This document shows, one piece after another, positions 1-12,559 of a stretch of DNA of 64,000 bases (positions are counted from its first letter, which is position 1; each line of letters opens with the position of its first letter). The notes beneath the pieces were generated by a model. That model searched no databases. It worked only from the letters and a program-made list of their open reading frames with translations, and had not been told where the DNA came from. The position numbers were made by a program, and so were the translations under genes. The stretch comes from Vicugna vicugna (taxonomy: Eukaryota), in assembly GCA_013265495.1 (NCBI GenBank), contig MU059972.1, forward strand, positions 885,915-949,914, written 5' to 3'.

Positions 1-324
1 TGGGCCCCCCACCGGACGTGTCGGGGCTGAAGCCCTGGTGGCTGGTGTGATGACAGCCACTGAAGGGGCGTGGACAAATCCCAGAGCAAACTTGGCCTCG
101 TCATTGGGCTTCTCTGGACCAAGGGTGACCTTGATGAAACTGTCCACCCCGGAGAGCCCCTGCTCCAGCCTGCATCAGACTGTATCTGCCGGTGAAACAA
201 AGATCCTCTGTGAGGAAGTCTCCCTCACATTCCCAGACCTGCTGCCTTCCCCCTACAGGGGTCAGCCTCCCTCGAGGGACAGAGGGCCGGGACCAGAGGC
301 TGGAAATGTGCCGTGTAGCTAACG

Positions 325-735
325 TGTCAGTCTGCTGGGGCGGCCATAACAAATCCCACCGACCGAGTGCCTTAAACCACAAAAATTCACTCTCCCGCAG
401 TCCTGAAGGCCAGAAGCCCGAGGCCGAGGTGCCGGCCGGGCTGGCTCCTTCTGAGACCGAGGGGGTCTTGTCCCGGCCTCTCCCAGCTCCTGCTGGTTCG
501 CTGGCAGCTCTGATGGTCTGTGTCTCGTAGAAGCATCACCCCCATCTCTGCCCCGTCATGTGGGCAAATTTCCCCTTTCTGTAAGGACACTGGTCGTGCT
601 GGGTGAGACCCACCTGCATAATCTCATCTGCCTAACTACAGCCACAAAGACCGTCTCCAGATAAGGCCGGCTTCTGAGGCACTTGGGGGTTAGGGTTTCG
701 ATATGAGAATGAAGGGCACCGTTCACCCTGTAACA
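325..735 (-). mobile_element. MaLR solo LTR (MLT1B/C-like)
   Basis: gggcggccataacaaatcccacc...cttaaaccacaaaaattcactctc...gtaaggacac...ttcaccctgtaaca resembles the reverse of the MLT1 consensus. Confidence 0.8.
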
Positions 736-1210
736 GCTGATAAGAACACAGTTTGCCAAGAGATGCCTGGCGGGTCCCTGTACTTGGACTGAAGGAGAAG
801 AATGAATCCTTTGCCCCCAGGCTGCAAAGGGTGGGGAGGGGAGAAGGGGGGCAGTCGGCTTCATGATGCATTTGCTAGAGTGCCTCCTCTGCAAGCACCG
901 CGAGCCCCACTCCCTCCTGAGCACGCCGTCCTGGTCAGGAGCCCAGGAGAGAACGGGCCTCTGCCCTACACCGTCTCCTGAGGTGCCCGGCCCTCTGCTG
1001 TGTGGGGGCGGCCTCTCCAGCCTCTGTAGAAGGCGAGACTCCAACCACGTCTGTGTTGTGCCCGAGCATCTCACTGGACTTTTTTTTTTTAATGGCATCC
1101 AGATGCCTGAAGGAAGCTATATTGTAAATTGTGTTCTATTTCTGAGCCCCAATATCTAAATGAGGCAATGCACCTGTTGGGGACGGAGGAAAGGAATTTC
1201 ACAGGCTTAA

Positions 1211-1216
1211 AATAAA
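1211..1216 (+). terminator. Candidate poly(A) signal of an upstream + strand transcript (possibly SNAI3, by synteny)
   Basis: AATAAA after a 3' UTR-like AT-rich stretch (tattgtaaattgtgttctattt); no SNAI3 coding sequence seen in the window. Confidence 0.3.
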
Positions 1217-4200
1217 GTCCACGTCTGCCCTTCTGTGCCGGCCCATGGAAAATGCTCTTATATTTATATCTGGGCTGGTGGAGGACAGGGTGGCGGAGGA
1301 TGGGTTGGCAGATGGGGTGAAGGGAGGTCCAGGCACCTGCCAGGGTGCGACATGGAGTGACGGCGGAGACGCTTCCCTCCGAGCAGGGCGGCTGCACTCA
1401 GCATGCTATGTCCCTCCACAGGGCCACTTCCCCACTGGCCACTCAGGCCTTGTGGCTTCCCGCTTCACTGTCCTCGTGGTTTTGTCTGATCACCAGCACT
1501 GACCCAGAAGGCTCACTTAAAATTCAGGTTTCTGAACCCCTCTCAACACCCACAGATGGGAATCGGGAGGGGACCTAACCCCTGCTCACATTCGTCCCAG
1601 GTGAGGTGGGCACGGCCAGCTCTTTTCTCAGGGACCACTGTCTGGATCCCCCACGTACAGGCTTGCTTTTCTCAACCCATTTTTACACATTACATTTCCA
1701 CTTTCCTCCCAAAAGAAGGCCTTCTGACTGCGATACCCCAGGCACGCTGCTGGCACCTCTCCGAGGCGGGAGCAGGGCAGAGACAGGAGCCTCAGGACCA
1801 GGAGTTGGAAGCAGGCGTTTTGGTGACAGTCCAGCTACATCTGGGTGACAGCAGGAGCCTAAGAAACCTGCAGGATTCTGGACAAGAGGAGAACCACGTA
1901 ACGAGCTGAGGGTGGGGACGGCGTCTCCACCATGTGAACAGTGCTCCCAGGAGGCGTGTGATGGGCAGTGGACAGAAACCCGCCGGGTGCCGCTTGTGCC
2001 CGGGGCGCGAGCGCCTGGCCCCGGGTGCAGGTCCAGGAACAGGGGACGCCCAGGGTCTCAGAGGCCTGGCTCTCTGCCCCGCTCCCCAGGGAGAGAGACC
2101 TCCCCACTGAAGCTGCAGGCGCGCTAAGGGTATGGCTTCCCTTCCGAGACCCAGAGTCTTCCATAAATACCATTTTGGCCCAGAATATTCTGGGGGTTCT
2201 CTGGGAGTTTGAAAATAGCCCACTGGTTACTATCTATACTCGGAGAGCCCACTCCTGGCCTCCACTGGGTGGCTAAGTATAGCTCCCTGGCAAAGTTCAG
2301 TGGAACAAAAGTTTCCAATCTCCATCACCTTGTGCACGAGGAGCCCTGTGGGGAGGGCGCCCGGCTGCTGAGGCTCAGGGGCACGTGGGAGAGGCTGGAG
2401 CTGACAGGGGTCTGCCCGGGGTCCTGCAGGCAAACGCAGAGACCTTGCCCGATCTGGACGGAGGCCTCTGGCCCCAGCCCGCAGCTCTGCTGGGCAGGAT
2501 CCACCACAAAGCCCTGATTTCTGCTCTGGCCTCTGTTCTAGGATTCAGGAGGGACCTGGGAGGCTGAACAGCAGCAGAAATAAGATGTAACTGCCAACTC
2601 TAGGGAGACCTGTAACCTTTAACCCCCTGGACGCTACGTCCGACCGCCAAGTGCACCTCTCCTCCCAGCTGCCCCCGCCCAACCCGCTGAGCTGCCCGAG
2701 AGCTGGCCTGGCCGGCAGAGCGCTGGGGAGGGCAGAAGGGGCGGAGCAGAGCTGGGCATGCTCACCTACGGCACAGCTGAGCTCGCAGGGACGGCGCGGC
2801 CAAGACTCGGCACGTTTCCAAAGAGCCACTTGATCCAAAAGCGGTCACAGCATGTCCCTCCCACACAGCGGTCCCCTTCCCACGCACCCACCAAAGCCCC
2901 ACGTGGAGCAGTGGCAGCAGGGCCGGGCGCCGGCACCGCAGGGCCACGCTGAGGAGGCTCGCGAAGACGCAGCACAGTCCTCACCAAAACGGTTCCAGGA
3001 AACAGCCATTGTCACAAGACGCTAACGTGGGATGGGCTCGTTACAGCCTTTAAGTGAGTTTAATAAAAATCCTTAAGAAACACCAAGTTTAACTTCTGAA
3101 ATGGGCACGACGGGTGGAAGCCCCCGCACGAGGTCCTCGGCCGTGCGTCAGGGGTCCTGAGACGCACAGCGCCGGCCCCCAAGCCTCACGCCTGACCCGC
3201 ACGCGTGGACGGGAGCCCCGGGGCCAAAGCAGCGGGTTGGGCGGCGGGAGGAGGGGCTGTGCTCCTCTGGTGCCATCGGTCAGTTATCTGGGGCAGCTCT
3301 GCCGCCTGTTTTCTGCTTTCCCCACTGACTCTGGAAACGAGTTCCTCACAGGCGCGTCAGTGAGAGGATGGCCTGGAGCACACGACTCGGAGCCCCACGT
3401 TCCCGACCCCGTGTCCAGTCAGCTCCACCTCCGGGGTCGCTCTCAGACCAGCGTCTTCACCTCAACCCTCACGGCCACTGCCAGAGCCCACGCCCTCACA
3501 ATTCCCCAGCCGGACAACGGAAGACCCCTCCCAGCCCCATCTCCGTCTGCAGTTCAGCCTCCACTCTGCACCCCAAGCAGCCGCACAACCCACTCCCCCG
3601 CCCAGTCCCAGCCTCAGACAGGCAGTCTGCCCCGCAGACCCAAGTTCAAGCCCATAAACCTTGGCACCCACACGAGGCCACTTCCTCCCACGAGGCCCTG
3701 CTGTGTGGTGGCCGCCTCTGTCTCCCACGTGCCAACCTCTGTCTGACCTGGGACAGGCCCCCCACCAGCATCGAAGGAAGGAGGGAACACACAGGGAACA
3801 CGTTAGACGTGGCTCAGTCTAAACAGCCCCCCCCCCCCGTGCCTAGGCTCATCTTACAGTCGTGGCTCCTCCCACCGCTCGAGAGGGGTCCGCTCTCCTG
3901 AGCCCATCACCAGCCCCCAGAGGCCCGCAGGCAGCCTCTGGGGTCTATCCAGGCCACGTGAACCAAGCCCCAGACCTATTCGCTGGCACGGCGTGTGCGG
4001 TGTCTGAAAGCAGGTGAGCTGGCTGCAGGCATCCACCGGCGAGGGAGATGCTCCCTGCGCTGAGCGGCTCCAGCAGGGACTCCAGGGAGAATGGGGTGGC
4101 GGGGCCTCCCAGCCACGTGTAGGCAGTAAGCGCCAGCGTGTCCGGAGCCCTTGTTTGAGAAAGCTGGAAGCACAGGGGCTGTGTTCTGAACTCCCGATTT

Positions 4201-6029
4201 CGCCAGATGTACACATGCCTCTGAAAGGGAGCTGCTCTCACCTGAGCGATTCCCTGGGGACGGTAACAAGCAGCAGCCACTGCGGGCGGACGTGGGCGTG
4301 GCACCAGCACGACCCCTCCTGCGGCTCCACCCTCCGTGGGGGAAGAGAGCTGCAGCAGCTCATCCACAGCCACACAGCAGGCCCGGGGTAGAGCAGGGAT
4401 CCAAGCCCTGGCACTCAGGCCCCAGCCTGTAGCCTTGGTCTCTAAACCACGTCCCTGGTGAGAAAGCGATTCTGAGCTTTCCTTTCTCTTGGAAATCAGA
4501 AACAGGGCACCAGATCTGGATGGCAGGTACTGCCACTGCCCCGGGGGCCGGGGGTGAGGTGAGGTGGTCAGAGGATGGGCAGGAAGGGGAAGCCGAGGGA
4601 GATGGGCTGGAGGAAGGGCAGCAGGACCCGCCCAGCGCCTCAGCGGTGACCTGGGTCTGGGAAGCCAGACAGAAAGGCACAGCAAGGAGAGGAAAAGGGA
4701 GATCAGAGCCACAGATACAGGGGAGGGTTTGGACAGGCTTCCTGGGAGCCAGCCAGGCTCAGGGACTAAACGGGGTGGCAGGTCACCAGCCTCACGCCTG
4801 ACACACGGCAGGTGCTGTCAGCGCTCGGCCTCGCAGCTCTGGTCTCTGGAACCACAAGCCTCCAAGGGAAGTTAGGGAGCGGGGCACTGGTAGATGTGGC
4901 TGGAAGGCCCCTTGGGGATGCCCACCACCCACAGTTCCCACACAGGGGCTCTGTGCCCACTGTGCCCACACACACGATCACGCCCGCTCTGCTCCCAAGA
5001 CCGGGAGACGGTGTGCTACCGCCCACGACCCAGCGCCACGACCCAGCGGTCGGAGTCACAGACATTCCTGTCTCACAGTCCTGGAGACGGGCCGTCCAGG
5101 TTCAGGTGTCAGAGGCCAGCTCCTCCTGAGGCCTCCCTGGCGGTGGGCAGACGGCCGACTCCTGCCTGGTCCTCCAGTGGTCATCCCTCTGTGCGCCTGG
5201 GTCCCCTTTTCTTAGCTGTCCCGTCATCGGGGCCACCCTGCTGGCTTCAGCTTCATCTCCTCAGTAAAGACCCCGCCTCCAAACGCAGTCCGTTCTGAGG
5301 TCGTCTCTCTACTGGCCCCTCCTGTGCGTCAGCAGTGCCCCCAGGTGACCCTGGCTCCCGGCCAGCCATGCCACCTCCAACAGGCTCTGACAGAAAGGGT
5401 TCTGGGGCAAATGGAAGGGTGCTTGGAGGCCAGGACCCAAGAGAGGCCCGGACCCGAGAGAGGCCCACCAGCCCACAGCAGAGAGCAGACCCAAACGCGG
5501 TGGGACCTGGCAGCTGGGAGTGGACGAGGGTGGGGTGAGCCACCACAGGAGAATGTCAGGCCCGCGCACCAGTGAACGTGACTCACGCATCAAATACGAG
5601 CAGGCCGGGAGGGGCCTCAGCAGCCCCCAGACCGTCTTCACCCTCCTGCCCCGTGTCACCGCCGTGCTCCCACCTCTTCTGGGAAACAACCTGCTGGACA
5701 ACAAGCGGCTAGAAAAGAAGCCACTCCTAAATTTCCACGAGCTTAATATATTATATTCACACTTGCTTGCTTAAAATGCACATGCTTGCTTTGTTTTAAT
5801 GTCTGGCGCAATAGATGATCTATAGCACATGTCACGCTAAAGAAAATGTGTGGCGAGTGATCCTGACGTTGACCGTAAGGGCACGAAGGAGGGCAGATAT
5901 TTCCTTAGGGTGAAACAGATGGTCCTGGAAAGCCAGATCGTCCATTAACAGAACTTTGTTCTGGCATGAAAGCTGCTGCTGAACCCAGGGGACGAGCTCG
6001 CTATCTCGAGATGTCCCGGAGGCAGCGAC

Positions 6030-6400
6030 AGGATAGACTCAGAAATTCTGCACACCCCCAGGAGAGTGACTGTTCCTGGAAGGGATGGCCTGAAATTCAT
6101 CAGTGAACCCACAAGCAGAACTTAGCGCTTACCACAAGGAATGTCTAAAGCCCCCCTCTTTGATCGCATTTTTTTCTGAGCTGTGTACCCCTGATAAATA
6201 TGACGTCGACCCGGCTTTGGGGCTCTGGGTCCACAAGATCGAGTCCCCTGGTCCCACCTTCGCTCTTTGTCTCTTTGTTTCTTAGGTCTTGCATCGCCCG
6301 TCCTCAGACACGATCCCGAGCTGCGCTGGACGCAGCTCACCTCAGTTCCAAAAATGAAGGCAGATACTTTCGCAGAAGCGGTCGGCAAAGACGGCGCCTC
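6030..6400 (+). mobile_element. Degenerate old L1 ORF1 fragment
   Basis: agactcagaaattctgcacacccccagg and ttccaaaaatgaaggcagatactttcgcaga resemble L1 ORF1 (SFKNEG region). Confidence 0.4.
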
Positions 6401-8249
6401 TGACGCCCAGAGCCAGCCACCCTCAGACAACAGCGAGGACCCGGCTCCCGCCCTCCCTGGGCCCTCAGTTCAAACCAGCCACCCACCTGGGCCTCAGACA
6501 CAAGGTCCGCATCGTCCGGCCACAGCCCCTGCACGTCCATCAGCGTCCGTGCTGGACGAGCACCAGTGACACTGTCGCCCCGAGCAACGGGCCAGATGCT
6601 TCTGCCCCTTCCTAGTCCAATGACCCCTCCCTAGGAACCGCTGACCTGCCTTCTGCCACTATGCATCAGGCGGCATCTCCCAGAATTCTTACGAGTGGAA
6701 TCCGCCAGGACCTCTTTCCCTCCGTCTCTTGCCCTGGGCCCTCAACGTGCCCCACGCTCTGTTCCCATCTCACTCCTCCGGGCCTCAGACTCTGCTCACT
6801 GCCTTCTGCTGTGGGTCCCCATCTTCTGCACAGACCACCACAGTCCACAGACAGCATGTCACAACAGATGACCAGCGCTCCAGACCGTCAGCTCTGCAGA
6901 CGATCCCTGACGCAGACTGAGTCTGCACATGGCCGACACCACGAGCTTCCCTAACCGACAACTGGTGAGACTACACACGACCGCCGACAGTGCTGCCGTC
7001 TACCCCAGCCCACGCCACAGCAGAGGGCAAGGTCACAGACCACCACGGTGGCCTGTCGGAGGTCCCCCCACGTGCAGACAGTCCTTGTTCCAACTCGTCC
7101 TCGTCACTGATGACCTCTGCTCTCCAGACACAGTGACATCGTGTCATTCTCCAAACAGCCCCCATGCTGGGGGGACCTCAGCCCTTGTCAGCATCTTCAG
7201 ACAACTTGCCACTGTCAGCTGTGCATTCTGCGCGCTCCCTGCTGTGCTGCAGTTCCAGCTCCACAAGGAGTTTGCCCCGACACAGTGCCTGCTGGAGGGG
7301 TTCCCAAAAAAGGTCTGGGAATGGGCAGAGCGGCACACACAACTTCAGCACAATTTAGGACTCAGAAGGCTCCAGAACCTTCCACTGGGTGATTACAGAG
7401 AGTGACTTGGCTCCTCCCTGAAGAGGGAGCCAGGGGAAGGGACCCTGAAGGCTGAAAGGACGCAGACCAAGTTGACCTCCCCCAGAGCCCCGTTTCCCCA
7501 CACATCTATCTCTCCACTCCTGCTACCAACCCCGCTACCCTCCCCTCCTCACTCTCCCAGACGCTCGCAGGTCCTCTGCAGCTGTGTCGCCTCGATGCCA
7601 AATCCATCCTGTGAGGAAGTCGGCGTGAGAAGGGCGACGCTCGGATGCGTGCAGGGCTGGGCAGGGACAAGGCCACAGGCAACAGGCCCATCCATCTCCG
7701 TGCCCCGCGAGTGGATGCCGGGGGAGGATGCCCTGGGGACGGGGTGGGGGGGGCTGGTCCGAGTTCTCCAAATGAGGGTCAGGGGCTGGGGCTTCATTTT
7801 CTGGTGCTCCAAGTGACCACATGAACCTGTATTCTTTTACGTTCATTAAGCATTTCTTAATTAAAAGGAAGACTTTTGCACAAAAACTATCGCCCTGGAG
7901 AAGAAGAGGTCAAGAAGAAAGTGGGAGGGGGGCGCCCCTTGCAGCTATGCCTGGGACGTGGTCCAGCCCAAGTGGGGACTGGACTGTCCTCCCTGCGGAC
8001 ACAGCCAGCCCTCAGCTTGGGGCCACTCCACCCAGATCCAGTCTCTCTAGATGGGGATGACTGGGCAGCCTGGGCAGTTCCTGGGTCCTGAGAGGCCAAG
8101 CAAGGTGATGCAAAGCTGGGCTCAGGATGTGACTTGGGACCATTATGTTTCAGAGCAGGGTCTACAAGCCAGGGCCCAGACCTAGCCCTGCACCCCTGTG
8201 TTTGGGCAGCTCAAGAGCTGAGAGTGATTGTCTGGTAAGAAAACCAAAC

Positions 8250-8610
8250 TGCATGGCAGTGTTATCCACAGTGGTCAAAAGGCAGAAGCAACCCAGTGTC
8301 CACTGATGGATGAAACGTGGTCCATCCATGGAACGGAACATCACTCAGCCGCAGAAGTCCTGACACACTGAGTGGACGAACCACGAGGACGTGATGCTCA
8401 GGGAGATGCCAGACACAGACAGACAAATCCTGCGATTCCACTTATATGGGGACCTGGAGGAGTCAGGTTCACAGACACAGGGAGCAGACGGCGGGGGCGG
8501 GGCTGGGGGCGTCTGTGCTCAGTGGGGACAGGGTCTCAGTGTAAGAAGATGAGAAGGTTCCAGAGGCTTGGTGGTGAAGGCGGCACGACACCCGGAACGC
8601 TGTTACAGAT
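8250..8610 (+). mobile_element. L1MB-type 3' end fragment
   Basis: gcaacccagtgtccactgatggatg...gacaaatcctgcgattccacttatatg...gatgagaaggttccagag. Confidence 0.75.
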
Positions 8611-9504
8611 GCTTCCCCTCTGTGAAAAAACACCAAAAAATCAAAGTCCTGCAAACTCCACGGCCTCACATCTCTGAGCCTCTCCCTCACCTGCGGCTGC
8701 TCTCCATGCACCACACACAGGCGAGCCTTCCCACTGCCTCTCCAGGTGGCGGTCCACGCCCGCCAGGTTCCAGAAAAGCCTCACTGCTGAGGGTGTCCGG
8801 GGGGAGTGAGCTGAAACAGAAGGGAAAGAAGGGGGAAAAAAGAACATCTCCAAACGAGCACACGCCATCTTTTCAAGGATCTCCTGTCCTGACGCCCGGT
8901 AGGTCGCACACGCAGGCCAGGCAGCTGAAGGCACCGAGGACCACCACCCAGGGTCCCTGGTCCCCTCTGTGGGTGGGAGGGGCAGGCGGCTCTGATCCTG
9001 CTTCAACGCCCTCGGTGCCCCCCAATGCTCGTGCACCCGGACCTGGCTGGGCAAGCAGGAGGCTCCCCCACGTTCGCCTGCCCGCTGCTGCGGGGCACAA
9101 ATGGCGGTACCAGTGGGGAAGGGACCCCTTGCCTGGAGGTGACCGTCGGCCCCACACCCGGCTCATACACTGTGCACTGGGCTTCCTTCTTTCCGCCCTG
9201 GGCAGCTCATTCTCATCTCCACCCCCACATGAGGGGCCAAGCTGCCACCACCAAGGGAGGGGTCATTTATTCCCTGCCCTTGGCAGTCTGCTGCAGGGAC
9301 AACTGCTCTGCTGTGGGGAAGAAAGTCACTGCACCACCAGGTCCACCTGACCCCAGAGCCCCTGGGCTTCCCAGCATTTGTCTTTGCAGCTCAGCGGCCC
9401 TGGCCCAGCAACTCCTGTTGGCAGCGCCCGGGGCGCCAGCTGCACAGGCGGGGTCTCAGGACCCCCGACCTGACTCAGACCTGCTCCTAGCAGCCAGCAT
9501 TTGA

Positions 9505-10172
9505 GAAACACCATCCCATGTACTCTCTCAACACTGGGAAACCACCGCAAATAAAAGGAAATCTGGGAACGCACATCAAAGTCACAATGAACTGGCACTT
9601 CACACCCTTTAGGGTGGCAACCATTAAAAAAAAAGATGTGGAGAAACTGGAAGAAGATAACCACGTGCTGTTGGGGATGTAAGACGGTGCAGCTGCTGCA
9701 GAGAACAGTCTGGAGGTTCCTCAAAAAGTTAACCAGAGTCACTGTACGGCCCAGCAACTCCGCCGCCACACATTCACCCAAAAGGACAGAAAACAGGAAC
9801 GTGGAGGCCTGACACCCGTGCTCACAGCAGCACTGCTCCCAGCGGCCAGACGATGGACCCACACGGTGGAATAATACTCAGCCTCAAAAAGGAGACTCTG
9901 AAAGGTGCCAGTGTGGACTAACCTCAAAAACACGCTCAGTGAAATAAGGCAGACACAAAAGGACAAATCCTGCAGGACTCCACTTCCATGAGGCCCCCCG
10001 AATAACTCAGAGACAGACAGCAGAAAGGTGGCTGCCAGGGGCTGGGGGAGTCAGCATTTGACAGGAACAGAGTCTCACAGTGTGAATGTGCTTAATGGCA
10101 CTGAGCAACACACTTAAAATGGTTAGGATGGTAAACTTCATGTTATGTGTATTTTACCACAGTAAAAAAAAA
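9505..10172 (+). mobile_element. L1MB-type ORF2 end plus 3' UTR with A tail
   Basis: ggaggttcctcaaaaagttaa...ggaataatactcagcc...ttaaaatggttaggatggtaaacttcatgttatgtgtattttaccac-A10. Confidence 0.85.
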
Positions 10173-10874
10173 ATGCTTTGAAACCACGGGCTCCAGGCGG
10201 AGGCAGGAGCGGCCCCTGGTTTTCAGCCTGCATCTCAGCCTGGACACCTGGATCCTGACCCCTGGGCATCCCACACCTCCCACCGCCCCCCAAAACACTG
10301 GGACAAATCCGAAAGTGTGAGTGCATGTCTTAAAGTTTCTGTCCTTGGTTTATCATGCCCACAGTTATTACTCACATCTATTTGACAAAAAAACAGGAAA
10401 TAGAAAAAAACACTGACTTCACAGTTATACACCCCAGACACCCTGTGATGAGTCTTGCACATGTGTATAGGCTGACCATTCCGGAGAACTGGGGTGATGG
10501 TGTCCACCTTCTTCAATTCAAGGTTCCCTACCAAACGAGAGAGCCCTTGCCCACATGCACACGGTCAGGCGTTTACACCCACGTGGCTCACCCGAGTGCG
10601 TGGTTTACACGATCTAACAATGAAAACATTTCACTGCATGGGGGAGGGAGGACTGTGGTCCTGATAGAAGAGAATTCCTCATGTCTACTTGGTGGTATGA
10701 ACAGATACCGTCTTAACAGGAAAAAAGGAAGGAGAGAAAGGAAGAGAAAAAACAAGCTGTTTACTTAGAAACATGGAGGGAAGTAAGAGATTTGGAAGTG
10801 GCTGCCTTTGATAACCTGGAGGTGGGTGGGTGTGTGTGGGGGTCCTGGTAATTGCCCCCTTCAATCACACGCAA

Positions 10875-10978
10875 GGGGGACGGTCTAGCTGAGTAGCCCT
10901 GGGTTCAATCCCCAGGACTGCTGTTAAAAAATAAATAAACCTAATTACCTCCCCCCAAAACAAAACTAATAAATAAAT
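10875..10978 (+). mobile_element. tRNA-derived SINE (camelid type), internally deleted
   Basis: ctgggttcaatcccc B-box region and aaataaataaacctaattacctcccccc tail. Confidence 0.75.
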
Positions 10979-10995
10979 CGTGTGCATGCAACTCG

Positions 10996-11316
10996 GTCTT
11001 CGCCTGTTCCGGTCGCTATAATGAACAATACCCCAGACGAGGGGGCTTCAACAACCACCAGCGAGTTCTCTCAGTTCTGGGGCTGGACGCCCAGGATCAA
11101 GGCGGCGACAGGTGCGGTGTCTGGTGAGCGCCCCTTCCTGATTCACGGACGGTGTCTTCTCGCCGTGTCCTCACGTGGGGAAGGGGCGAGGGAGCGGTGG
11201 GGTCTCTTTAGGAGGGCTCCAATCCCATTCACGACGCTCCACCCTCATGACCCCATCACACTGGGGCGTTAAGTTTCAACGTATGAATTTCAGGGGGGAC
11301 ACATTACTTATAAACA
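10996..11316 (-). mobile_element. MaLR solo LTR (MLT1A0-like)
   Basis: caggatcaaggcggcgacaggtgcggtgtctggtgag...aatcccattc...ctccaccctcatgac...gtttcaacgtatgaattt. Confidence 0.85.
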
Positions 11317-11589
11317 GTAAAGCTGAAGTTACCAAGGGGCTGCAGGGTGAAGCACCTAGCACACCATCTGGCACCAAATAGGTGCAAAATGAACGTGCGT
11401 GCTGGCCCTGCCATCATCACCATGGCAGGACACAGATCACCGAGGTTCACGGGTGACCCAGCCTCTGTAGCTCAGAAAATACACGGTGACGCCGTCCAGA
11501 GCAATCTACCAGCAGCTCTTCAAAAGAAGTTTCAGTGTCTTTGCATGAAACAGAAAAGTGATTCCAAGAAAAACTTAAAAACAATAACC

Positions 11590-12090
11590 ATCAGAAATGC
11601 AACTGTAAACAGTGAGATGCCATCTTTCAGGCATCAGACAGACGAGGTCTGCTGTGCGAGGAAGGTTCGCACACCTGTGCTTTGGTGGCTAGACTTCAAG
11701 CATCTGACGAACTTCCGCAGATGGGACTTGCTCAGCTATCAAAATTACCTCAGGCACATCCTGCGGGGCCCACAACTCCAGGAGTTTCACCTGCAGGACT
11801 CATACTTGCACAAAACAGCAGCTTGTGTCAAAAAATTGGTAACAACCCAGGTGTCCACCAACAGGGGATGTGTTGGACAAGTTACAGCAAGTCTAGATCA
11901 TCAGAAATGATTTCCAAGAAACCAGTAAGTGGGAAAAAAGCTATTTGCTCCTATGACGTATAAAACATTGATGAAAATGCACAGAATTCGTAACACTGGT
12001 CCTTCCAGGAACAGAACTGGGGGGCTAGGCCCAAAGTGGGAGACCTTATGTTGCATACTTTTACCTTGACTGAAATCTGAACCATTTTAA
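11590..12090 (+). mobile_element. Old L1 (L1MC/ME-type) ORF2 end / 3' fragment
   Basis: gaaatgcaactgtaaacagtgagatgccat translates EMQL*TVRCH, resembling ORF2 EMQIKTTMRYH; caacccaggtgtccaccaacagggg. Confidence 0.55.
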
Positions 12091-12101
12091 AGCTAAAAAT
12101 A

Positions 12102-12231
12102 GGAAGAGAGGTTATAGCTCAGGAGTAGAGCGTATGCTTAGCATGCATAAGGTCATGGGTTCAATCCCCAGTATCTCCACTAGAAAAAAAAAAAGACGGC
12201 AAAAAAAAAGTGCACTTGTGAAAAAAAAATT
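12102..12231 (+). mobile_element. tRNA-derived SINE (camelid type) with TSD
   Basis: tatagctcaggagtagagcgtatgcttagcatgcataaggtcatgggttcaatcccc; TSD aagctaaaaata (12090-12101) / aagctgaaaata (12232-12243). Confidence 0.9.
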
Positions 12232-12269
12232 AAGCTGAAAATAAATTTTTATAAAAGGAAGAGAAAATT

Positions 12270-12420
12270 GGGCGTTACGGTTCAACGGGTAGATGCGGTT
12301 TAGGATACTGGATGAGTTCTGGAGACCGAGGGTGGTGATGGCTGCACAACACTGTCAGTACTTAATGCCACATAGTTGTTTGCTTAAAAGTGGTTAAAAT
12401 GGCACATTTTATGGCAGTAA
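12270..12420 (+). mobile_element. L1MB-type 3' tail
   Basis: gggtggtgatggctgcacaacactgtcagtacttaatgccac...ttaaaagtggttaaaatggc. Confidence 0.75.
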
Positions 12421-12559
12421 GAGTCAATATAAATGTGGCAACCCGCATTTCAACCGTGAAAAAAGAACTCTTGCTTATAGGAGCTTCAAAAACGAGAGTG
12501 GGGTTTTAAAGCACCAATCTCGGAAGCAGTTCATCCCTTAGCAGCCCCCCCACCCAGGC

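Noticed and set aside
2613-2625. DR1/HNF4-like TAACCTTTAACCC
   Set aside because: Single motif without supporting context.
1-12500. SNAI3 coding exons expected by synteny
   Set aside because: No SNAG domain or C2H2 zinc-finger sequence found in any frame.
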